The position numbers and the translations under genes were made by a program. The notes beneath the pieces are model-generated. The model saw only the letters and a list, made by a program, of their open reading frames with translations. It did not search any database and was not told the origin of the DNA. This document shows, in pieces, positions 1 through 6,908 of a stretch of 24,817 bases of DNA. Source of the DNA: a virus (taxonomy: Duplodnaviria; Caudoviricetes); IMG/VR virus record IMGVR_UViG_3300020042_002391, positions 1 to 24,817 of that record; one strand, given 5' to 3'. Within the stretch, counting starts at the first letter, position 1; every line of letters begins with the position of its first letter.

Positions 1-2
1 TG

Positions 3-1790
3 GCAGGCGTTGGTACGCTTAGTTCAGGTGCGATTACATCTTCGGGTCAACTCACCCTCACCAACGCAAGTGATTACAACCTGTACGCAAGCGGTGTAGG
101 TGATAACTTTATGCAAGGCGCGCTGGGGATTGGTACGTTGCCTGCTGCCTCTACTATTACTTTAGTAGGTGGTAATCTTGCTACAGGCGCAGTAACTGTA
201 AATAATATTCTTGTAACTAGCGAAATTCAAAGTGATGTAACCAGTCAATATCATTCTTATAGAAGCAATCCTAGAACGGCAGCCACCGCATTTACACTAG
301 CTAATTTACGTCATTTTACTGCGGCACAACAAACTTTTGGGGTGGGTTCGACTGTAACAAATCAATACGGATTTTATGCAGACAATGCTCTCACAGGCGC
401 AACCAACAACTACGGCTTCTACTCTGCCATAGCAAGCGGCACAGGTCGCTACAACTTCTACGCTGCGGGTACTGCTGATAATTACTTTGCGGGTAATGTG
501 GGGATTGGTACTACCAGTCCTTCCGCACTTCTTCATGTTAGCAATGCTGCTGCAAAAATCAGAATTGGTTTAGACGCTTCAAGTCAATATTTGGATATAT
601 CTAGGGATAATGCGACTGGTTTTTCAATATATAACGCAGCGCAAACATCATTTTCATCGCATATTTTTCAAATTGCAGGAACGGAATACGCTCGTATTGG
701 ATCAGCGGGAGTAATCTCCCTCGGCGCAGCAGTAGGCTCAGAATCCCTGCGTGTCACGCCTGTTGCGAGTGCGGTGAATTACTGGAGTATGGTGGGTGCG
801 GCAACAGCAAGCTCGCCATCTTTATCGGTTGCGGGTTCAGACACAAATATTAATATGAATCTGTTACCTAAAGGTGCAGGTTTTGTGTACACCCCTGCCT
901 CAGTAGCAATTGGTACAGGCACAGTATCACAAGCTCTAAACGTGACAGCAGTAAACGCAAGTGGATTTGCTGGTCAACGTGTTCAGAATAACAACGGCAA
1001 TGTAGGTATTGCAGGCGTTGAATTTTCATCTGACGCGACTTATGCTAAAGCTGCTATTGGATTAACTCGCGCTTATCCCAACGGCGGTGGCACACTTTCG
1101 CTTTACAACTCATCAAGCTCAAGCGCAGCTAATTGGGCAACGACTGATGCCAGAATTCAGATTGATTACTCTGGATTTGTATCTTTAGGCGCACCAGCTG
1201 GCTCAGAATCCCTTCGCGTCACGCCTGTTGCTAGTGCGGTGAATTACTGGGAAGCATACGGTTCTGCTACTGGTGGAACGCCTGTTTTGTACATTTCTGG
1301 TTCAGATACAAATATTTCATCTGTCATTACATCAAAAGGCACTGGCAACGTACAGATTCGTACTAATAGTAGCAATCAAATTCAACTAGTAGTAGCCCAC
1401 ACAGCCTCAGCAGTTAACTACCTGCAAGTGACGGGTGGGGCTACGGGTTTGCCAGTTACTTTTTCTGCTCAGGGTTCTGATACAAATATTCAAATAAACC
1501 ATGTGTCAAAAGGTACAGGAAACCAAGTATTTATTGCAGGAACAACTACTCAATTTGCTGTCGCAACAACTGCATCTGCTGTGAATTCTTTAAGCGCCAC
1601 AGGCGCAGCCACGGGTTCTGCCCCATCTATTTTTTCCGGTGGCTCTGATACAAACGTAGATATTGCGCTTTACACACAAGGCACAGGCGTATTGCGCTTC
1701 GGCACACACACAGCAGGTATTGTTGCTCAAGCAGGCTACATCACGATCAAGGATGCAGGCGGCACAACTCGTAGACTTTTAGTTGGTTAA
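3..1790 (+). CDS. Tail fibre / receptor-binding protein, 5'-truncated by the window edge
   Basis: The frame of the 111..1790 ORF is open back to nt 3 (AGVGTLSSGAITSSGQLTL...), so the true start lies upstream of the window. The protein is G/A/S/T/N-rich and beta-strand-like, with a GNVGIGTTSP motif, four 'ASAVN...GSDTN' repeats and a C-terminal GYITIKDAGGTTRRLLVG, all typical of phage fibres. Confidence 0.85.
   Translation, partial: AGVGTLSSGAITSSGQLTLTNASDYNLYASGVGDNFMQGALGIGTLPAASTITLVGGNLATGAVTVNNILVTSEIQSDVTSQYHSYRSNPRTAATAFTLANLRHFTAAQQTFGVGSTVTNQYGFYADNALTGATNNYGFYSAIASGTGRYNFYAAGTADNYFAGNVGIGTTSPSALLHVSNAAAKIRIGLDASSQYLDISRDNATGFSIYNAAQTSFSSHIFQIAGTEYARIGSAGVISLGAAVGSESLRVTPVASAVNYWSMVGAATASSPSLSVAGSDTNINMNLLPKGAGFVYTPASVAIGTGTVSQALNVTAVNASGFAGQRVQNNNGNVGIAGVEFSSDATYAKAAIGLTRAYPNGGGTLSLYNSSSSSAANWATTDARIQIDYSGFVSLGAPAGSESLRVTPVASAVNYWEAYGSATGGTPVLYISGSDTNISSVITSKGTGNVQIRTNSSNQIQLVVAHTASAVNYLQVTGGATGLPVTFSAQGSDTNIQINHVSKGTGNQVFIAGTTTQFAVATTASAVNSLSATGAATGSAPSIFSGGSDTNVDIALYTQGTGVLRFGTHTAGIVAQAGYITIKDAGGTTRRLLVG
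735..1250 (+). repeat. 51-nt near-identical direct repeat inside the tail fibre (735-785 and 1200-1250)
   Basis: ggctcagaatccctgcgtgtcacgcctgttgcgagtgcggtgaattactgg versus ggctcagaatcccttcgcgtcacgcctgttgctagtgcggtgaattactgg: 3 mismatches, all synonymous. Both copies encode GSESLRVTPVASAVNYW. Confidence 0.95.
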
Positions 1791-1804
1791 CAAGGAGTAG
1801 TAAA

Positions 1805-1981
1805 TTGAACGAAATACCCCTAAGCCTCGCCCCCGAAGAAATTAACTTTATTCAGCAAGTGCTGGGTGAGCTTCCATCGAAATCAGGCGCATTTTTATTG
1901 ATGCAAAAAATCAAGCAACAGTCTGACGCTTTCGCTATCACTAGCGCCCCCGTAACCCCTATCCCACAGGTGCAACTATGA
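1805..1981 (+). CDS. Small 58-aa hypothetical protein, tail-fibre associated (absent from the ORF track)
   Basis: AGGAG Shine-Dalgarno at 1793-1797 and TTG start at 1805 give MNEIPLSLAPEEINFIQQVLGELPSKSGAFLLMQKIKQQSDAFAITSAPVTPIPQVQL*. The stop overlaps the next ATG (ATGA, 1978-1981) and the ORF fills the gap exactly. Confidence 0.85.
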   Translation: MNEIPLSLAPEEINFIQQVLGELPSKSGAFLLMQKIKQQSDAFAITSAPVTPIPQVQL

Positions 1982-2304
1982 ACTGGTCAATCAACTCTCT
2001 CTCGGTAATGAACACACCTCTGCCCGAAACCGTGGTCATGAGCAACTTCACAATTGCTGAATCCGGTCAATCGGTAACGTACTCAGTCAACCTCCTACCC
2101 GCTGACGCTGCAAACTTCACCCCCTACGCAGACATTACCCAAGCCGAAGCAATCCAATGGACTCAAGACGCTTTGGGCGCAGACCGTGTAGCAGCGATGG
2201 AAGCCGAAGTCGATGCCTTGATTGCACAGGCGGCTATCCCTACGCCACAGCCCGAACCGTTGCCTTGGGTTCCTGCTGAAGTCGTTGAGCCTGAAGTCGC
2301 ATGA
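1978..2304 (+). CDS. Conserved phage hypothetical protein, possible tail-fibre assembly/accessory protein
   Basis: 108 aa and acidic, with FTPYADIT...IQW and C-terminal PLPW motifs that I recognise from genes following phage tail fibres. ATGA-coupled on both sides. Confidence 0.7.
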   Translation: MNWSINSLSVMNTPLPETVVMSNFTIAESGQSVTYSVNLLPADAANFTPYADITQAEAIQWTQDALGADRVAAMEAEVDALIAQAAIPTPQPEPLPWVPAEVVEPEVA

Positions 2305-2393
2305 TGTGGTGGCTTCTTTTAGTACCAATCGCAATAGTCGGAATATTCTTCTGGCTCTGTGCGGGCGTTGATGAACAGATGAAGGGGTACTGA
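2301..2393 (+). CDS. 30-aa single-pass membrane peptide (absent from the ORF track)
   Basis: MMWWLLLVPIAIVGIFFWLCAGVDEQMKGY*. The ATG overlaps the upstream TGA (ATGA, 2301-2304) and its TGA overlaps the next ATG (TGATG, 2391-2395). Confidence 0.75.
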   Translation: MMWWLLLVPIAIVGIFFWLCAGVDEQMKGY

Positions 2394-2686
2394 TGAACCG
2401 CACAAACTTCGAACACGCTGGCTACGCCTTGGTAATGCAGGGTGCGCTATGGCTGCTAACTGGAAGCCTGCTCACGGGTGCGGTTCTTGCTATCGGGTTC
2501 TTCGTTGGGCGTGAACACGCTCAGGCGGAATACAAAGCAATCAATACCGATTTCAACGGTCAACGCGCCAACTTGCCGTGGTACGCAGGGTTTAACCCCA
2601 AGTACTGGTCGCTCGATGCGGCGTTAGATGTGCTGTTCCCCACAGCGGCTGTGTTAGCCGTCTTCCTCTTTGCTAAATGGTACTGA
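2393..2686 (+). CDS. Membrane protein of unknown function (REHxQAEY...NxPW family)
   Basis: 97 aa with 2-3 hydrophobic segments. The motif GREHAQAEY...RANLPWYAGF...W...LD..FP resembles small membrane proteins I recall next to tailspike genes in enterobacterial phages and prophages. Confidence 0.7.
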   Translation: MNRTNFEHAGYALVMQGALWLLTGSLLTGAVLAIGFFVGREHAQAEYKAINTDFNGQRANLPWYAGFNPKYWSLDAALDVLFPTAAVLAVFLFAKWY

Positions 2687-2687
2687 C

Positions 2688-2942
2688 ATGGACTGGCAGA
2701 ATATTATTAACATGGCAGGCGGCGCAGCTTTAGCTGTAATTGGCTGGTTTGCCCGTCAACTGTGGGATTCTGTCAAGGAACTCAAGGCAGACATTGGTGA
2801 TTTGCGCCTGCACGTTTCTGATGTCTACGTCAAGAAGTCTGAGATGGAAACGCTTGAAGCCCAGATGGATAAACGCTTTGACCGTGTTGAGCAGATGATT
2901 GTGAAACTCTACGACAAAATTGACCAGAAGGTGGACAAATAA
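2688..2942 (+). CDS. Holin/antiholin-like protein (N-terminal TM plus coiled coil)
   Basis: The likely start is the ATG at 2688, just after the upstream stop (MDWQNIINMAGGAALAVIGWFARQLW...), rather than the TTG at 2670. One TM helix is followed by a charged heptad-like tail. It lies upstream of the endolysin and is TAATG-coupled to the next gene. Confidence 0.6.
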   Translation: MDWQNIINMAGGAALAVIGWFARQLWDSVKELKADIGDLRLHVSDVYVKKSEMETLEAQMDKRFDRVEQMIVKLYDKIDQKVDK

Positions 2943-3307
2943 TGGACCCGATTACCCTACTCGCCGCCCTTGGACCGCTTGCCGTTGACTTAGGCAAGTC
3001 CCTAATCGGGCGCTTTATTCAGACTGATGTATACAAGCCCACGAACGTCGCCGAATACACCCAAATGCGTCAGACCGATTTGGAGATGTTCAAGGCGATG
3101 AACAACGCAGGTGCTGGTGGCAGCACTTACCCGTGGGTTGAAGCCGTGGTGCGTTTGATGAGACCGTCCGTTGGAGCGATTGTGTTGGGTACTTGGAGCT
3201 TTATGATGCTCACAGGTCAAGACAATTCGGCGGTGAATAACTTTGCAAGCGCCGTCGGATTTTATTTGTTCGGGGATCGCACCCTGTTTTACGCACAGAA
3301 GAAATGA
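2942..3307 (+). CDS. Holin, GTA-type 3TM-holin-like
   Basis: N-terminal amphipathic helix, a W...VRLMRP motif followed by a TM segment, and C-terminal FYLFGDR plus a basic tail. Immediately precedes the endolysin with an ATGA overlap. Confidence 0.7.
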   Translation: MDPITLLAALGPLAVDLGKSLIGRFIQTDVYKPTNVAEYTQMRQTDLEMFKAMNNAGAGGSTYPWVEAVVRLMRPSVGAIVLGTWSFMMLTGQDNSAVNNFASAVGFYLFGDRTLFYAQKK

Positions 3308-3840
3308 AAGAGAATTGGGATCAAGCGTTTAAACAGATGCTCGCTTCAGAGGGCGGTTTTACAGACGATGACCGTGATAAAGGCAACCAACTACCGGATG
3401 GACGCAAAGGCAGCACCATGCTCGGCGTGACTCAATTTAATTGGGAGCGCCATCTTGGACACGAAGTCACGCACGACCATATGCGTCGCCTAACCCCTGC
3501 GGATGTGGAACCCCTGTACAAGAAGAAGTACTGGGACGTTGTGCGAGCCGACGAGCTACCAAGCGGGATTGACTACTTGGTGTTCGATATGGGGGTCAAT
3601 GCGGGTCCGGGGCGCTCTATCAAGCTACTGCAAGCTGCGGTGGGTGTAACGCCTGACGGTGGCTTTGGTCCGATCACGATGGCGGCTGTCCTTGCTGCTG
3701 ACCCTGTAAAGCTGATTGAGGACTTCAGCGATGCCAAGGAAGCGTTTTACCGTGGTCTTAATGATTTCCTCGTGTACGGCACAGGCTGGCTTAATCGTGT
3801 TGCAGCAGTTAAACAAAAAGCCTCAACAATGGTGGCATGA
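3304..3840 (+). CDS. Endolysin, glycoside hydrolase family 108 with C-terminal peptidoglycan-binding domain
   Basis: Catalytic EGG motif (SEGGFTDDDRDKGN), GxTMLGVTQ, YKKKYWD, FDMGVNAGPGRSIKLLQ, DGGFGPIT and C-terminal GWLNRV, all hallmark motifs of GH108 with a PG-binding-3 domain. Confidence 0.92.
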   Translation: MKENWDQAFKQMLASEGGFTDDDRDKGNQLPDGRKGSTMLGVTQFNWERHLGHEVTHDHMRRLTPADVEPLYKKKYWDVVRADELPSGIDYLVFDMGVNAGPGRSIKLLQAAVGVTPDGGFGPITMAAVLAADPVKLIEDFSDAKEAFYRGLNDFLVYGTGWLNRVAAVKQKASTMVA

Positions 3841-4391
3841 TGAAAATACTTACTGTAGTTAGCACCGTTATCTTGTTCTGGGTTTTAGCCTTATTTTCTA
3901 TTGCTCAAGCTCAAAATCTAGCCGTCTGTCAGGGTGAGTACGCCTTGTGTGCTGCGTCTCCTGCAACGCCCACGGGCAACTCCATTGTGGTGGGCAACAA
4001 GGTCTTTAAGGAAGGCATGGCTGTCTGCCCTGTCTTAGAAGGTTCAAGCATTGCAAACCTTGACTTGATGGGTGGTAGCTGTACTGCCGCCAAGAATAAA
4101 GTCTGGAGCCTGTTTGGTTTCCCCCCTCTGTCATCGTTCCCACAAGCCCCGACATGGGAAGTACAACCCGCCGTGGCTCGCACCTTTGTCACCACCGCAA
4201 CGTCTGGCATGAGCAACATGTGGTCGTTTGAATGCGTGAAGACCAAGAAGGTCAACGGGGTGCAGCTTGCTGACTGTTACGGTCCACTAAATGAGTCGCC
4301 CTTTGATGGTGGACATGTTAAAGTTGGCTCGACTGTTATTACTCAAGCGCCAGTAGGTGCAACCTTCCCAGTCGGTGGTAATTTACCGTAA
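3837..4391 (+). CDS. Secreted cysteine-rich protein of unknown function
   Basis: Sec-type signal peptide (MMKILTVVSTVILFWVLALFSIAQA|Q) and a mature part with 6 Cys. ATGA-coupled to the endolysin. Confidence 0.75.
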   Translation: MMKILTVVSTVILFWVLALFSIAQAQNLAVCQGEYALCAASPATPTGNSIVVGNKVFKEGMAVCPVLEGSSIANLDLMGGSCTAAKNKVWSLFGFPPLSSFPQAPTWEVQPAVARTFVTTATSGMSNMWSFECVKTKKVNGVQLADCYGPLNESPFDGGHVKVGSTVITQAPVGATFPVGGNLP

Positions 4392-4400
4392 GGTTTAGTT

Positions 4401-6308
4401 ATGCCGTTACAAAAATTAACTTTTAGACCGGGTGTAAACCGTGAGGGTACTAACTACGCAAATGAGGGTGGTTGGTACGACTGCGACAATATTCGGTTTC
4501 GTTCAGGTTTTCCCGAAAAGATTGGCGGTTGGGTGCGTTTGTCTGCAAGCACATTTCAAGGCGTATGCCGTGCGTTATGGAACTGGGTATTGTTGGCTGG
4601 AGACAACCTACTCGGTGTTGGCACAAACTTAAAGTATTACATTGAGAATGGCGGTGCATACTACGACATTACGCCAATACGCACCACCACGACTGGCACG
4701 GCAACTTTTGCAGCAACAAACGGTTCATCCGTTCTTACCGTCACTGATACTGCCCACGGGTGTCTTGTGGGTGATTTTGTCACCTACACGCTTGCTGTGT
4801 CTTTAGGCGGAGTAATTACTGCCACGGTGCTAAATCAAGAATATCAAATTGTTTTAGTACCCACAATAAACACTTACACCATTGACGTCACGACCATAGC
4901 TGATGCAAGCGATACAGGCAATGGTGGCGCATCTACGGTAGCAGCCTATCAAATTAATGTTGGTACAGTTACGCAGATTCCTATTCTTGGCTGGGGCGCA
5001 GGTGGTTGGGGTTTAGGCTACTGGGGCATTGGCGGAGCGTCAAACACTCAATTACGCCTGTGGTCAAATGATAATTACGGTCAAGATTTAGTTATTGCGC
5101 CTAGAAACGGCGAAATTTATTACTGGGCAGCAAGTAGTGGTCTTACAGCCAGAGCGCAATTTTTATCTGTTCTTTCTACTGCCGCAGGTTATGCTGGCGA
5201 TTATGTGCCAAATCAAACGCTTGAAGTGTCAGCGTCATCTATTCAAAGATTTGTTATAGCTTTTGGTGCAAATCCATACGAATCTGGAACGCCAAATACA
5301 ACATTTAACCCTATGTTAGTGCGTTGGTCTGATCAAAATAATCCATATGAATGGGTTCCTGCCATTACTAACCAGTCTGGTGAGTTTCCTCTTTCTCATG
5401 GCTCTTCTATCATTTCGTATATTAATACTCGTCAAGAGATTTTAGTTTGGACTGACTCCGCCTTATATTCTATGCAGTATTTAGGACCACCATATATCTG
5501 GGGTTTTAATATATTGATGGATAATATTTCCGTCATGTCGCCTAACAGCATGATTACTATTAACAGTATTACCTACTGGATGGGTGTTGATAAATTTTAT
5601 ATGTACGCTGGGCGTGTAGAGACGTTGCCCTGTTCATTGCGGCAATACGTTTTTAACGATATTAATATTTTACAAGCATATCAAGTGTTTTGTGGCAGCA
5701 ACGAAGGCTATAACGAAGTTTGGTGGTTTTATTGCTCAACAGATTCAGACGATGTGGACAAGTACGTTATTTACAACTACCTTGATAAGGTATGGTATTA
5801 CGGCTCAATGTCGCGCACAGCATGGTTAGATTCTAGTCTGCGTCAATATCCAATGGCAGCTAACTACGACACCAGTGCTTTAACCGGCAGAACCTTGTAC
5901 CACGAAGCTGACGTAGATGATGTTGCCGGTACGACGCCTGTAGCAATTGATGCGTACATTCAGTCGTCAGATTTTGATATTGGCGATGGACATAACTTTG
6001 GTTTTGTCTGGCGTATCTTGCCTGACATTAACTTTAACGGCTCAAACGTGGATCAGCCTTACGTCACCATGACCGTTAAACCTCGTCAAAACGCAGGTTC
6101 GGCTTATAGCGCATCCAACAGTCCTGAAGTGCAAAGCGCAGATAACTACGCAGTTAGCAAATCGTACAACATTCAATTATTCGACGGGCAGGTCTATACC
6201 CGCTTGCGGGGTCGGCAAATGGCGTTCCGTATTGAATCCACTGAACTTGGTGTGGCATGGCAGCTTGGCTCTCCTAGAATTGACATCAGACCGGACGGCA
6301 AGAGATGA
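4401..6308 (+). CDS. Tail hub / nozzle ('stabilisation') protein, analogous to P22 gp10 or T7 tail tubular protein B
   Basis: 635 aa, aromatic-rich and beta-propeller-like (VRWSDQ, EILVWTD, YWMG, EVWWFY, YVIYNY...WYYG), with N-terminal MPLQKL.FRPG and C-terminal RGRQMAFRI...RIDIRPDGKR. It sits before the internal virion genes and has an inserted TVTDTAHG..GDFVT beta-sandwich. Confidence 0.75.
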   Translation: MPLQKLTFRPGVNREGTNYANEGGWYDCDNIRFRSGFPEKIGGWVRLSASTFQGVCRALWNWVLLAGDNLLGVGTNLKYYIENGGAYYDITPIRTTTTGTATFAATNGSSVLTVTDTAHGCLVGDFVTYTLAVSLGGVITATVLNQEYQIVLVPTINTYTIDVTTIADASDTGNGGASTVAAYQINVGTVTQIPILGWGAGGWGLGYWGIGGASNTQLRLWSNDNYGQDLVIAPRNGEIYYWAASSGLTARAQFLSVLSTAAGYAGDYVPNQTLEVSASSIQRFVIAFGANPYESGTPNTTFNPMLVRWSDQNNPYEWVPAITNQSGEFPLSHGSSIISYINTRQEILVWTDSALYSMQYLGPPYIWGFNILMDNISVMSPNSMITINSITYWMGVDKFYMYAGRVETLPCSLRQYVFNDINILQAYQVFCGSNEGYNEVWWFYCSTDSDDVDKYVIYNYLDKVWYYGSMSRTAWLDSSLRQYPMAANYDTSALTGRTLYHEADVDDVAGTTPVAIDAYIQSSDFDIGDGHNFGFVWRILPDINFNGSNVDQPYVTMTVKPRQNAGSAYSASNSPEVQSADNYAVSKSYNIQLFDGQVYTRLRGRQMAFRIESTELGVAWQLGSPRIDIRPDGKR

Positions 6309-6556
6309 GTACTGGCACAACAAAATCCCCAAACTTACCAATTGCTCCACAAGAGTACAACAGAATATATCTTGAGCAACTAACAAACACATTGCGATTG
6401 TATTTTGCACAGTTAGATAATCCGGGTTTTTCAGCAGCAAGTGGTTTAAACTTAGACCTAAATACGCTTCCTACGCAGACAAGTCTTGCTGACCTACGGG
6501 TTGGCGATGTATATCGGGACACCACGGCAAGTAATGTTTTAAAGGTTAAGGTATGA
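6305..6556 (+). CDS. Small virion-associated hypothetical protein
   Basis: 83 aa with a PNLPIAPQEY...LRLYF motif. ATGA-coupled to both neighbours, at the position after the tail hub gene. Confidence 0.65.
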   Translation: MSTGTTKSPNLPIAPQEYNRIYLEQLTNTLRLYFAQLDNPGFSAASGLNLDLNTLPTQTSLADLRVGDVYRDTTASNVLKVKV

Positions 6557-6906
6557 ATATTGAAGAACTTGTTCAAGACCCAAAATATGTTCGCGTTGAA
6601 CATCCTTATGTAGAATTTGCAGAAGTTGATGACATTTGGGTCAGAGCTTATTCAATTGAAAAGTCTGAAAGTATTGCAGCGCAGCATGTTCATGCACATG
6701 ATCACATAACAATTGTTTCCCGTGGAACAGTTGAAGCTTGGCAAGATGGCGTTTTGACGGGCGTTTACACAGCCCCTGCAGTGATTACAGTAAAAGCAGG
6801 AAAGCACCACGCATTTAAAGCATTAACCGACGATGTAGTTTTTTGTTGCATACACAATCTTCGCGGCACTGGTCTTGAGTCGCCTGAAATCATGGAAGGG
6901 GTTTAA
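6553..6906 (+). CDS. Cupin-fold protein
   Basis: Cupin motif 1 (HVHAHDH..IVSRGTV) and motif 2 (ITVKAGKHHAFKAL), followed by FCCIH. Confidence 0.85.
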   Translation: MNIEELVQDPKYVRVEHPYVEFAEVDDIWVRAYSIEKSESIAAQHVHAHDHITIVSRGTVEAWQDGVLTGVYTAPAVITVKAGKHHAFKALTDDVVFCCIHNLRGTGLESPEIMEGV

Positions 6907-6908
6907 TT

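Noticed and set aside
735-1250. Tail-fibre repeat as a DGR template/variable repeat pair
   Set aside because: The mismatches are synonymous and not adenine-specific, both copies are internal to one CDS, and no reverse transcriptase is present in the window.
2670-2687. TTG start at 2670 for the holin-like gene, or a dual-start motif
   Set aside because: It overlaps the upstream CDS with no SD. The ATG at 2688 follows the upstream stop directly, and there is no lambda-S-like Met-Lys-Met pattern.
3918-3929. LAVC as a lipobox making the Cys-rich protein a spanin
   Set aside because: Val at -1 is non-canonical, and an AQA signal peptidase I site precedes it.
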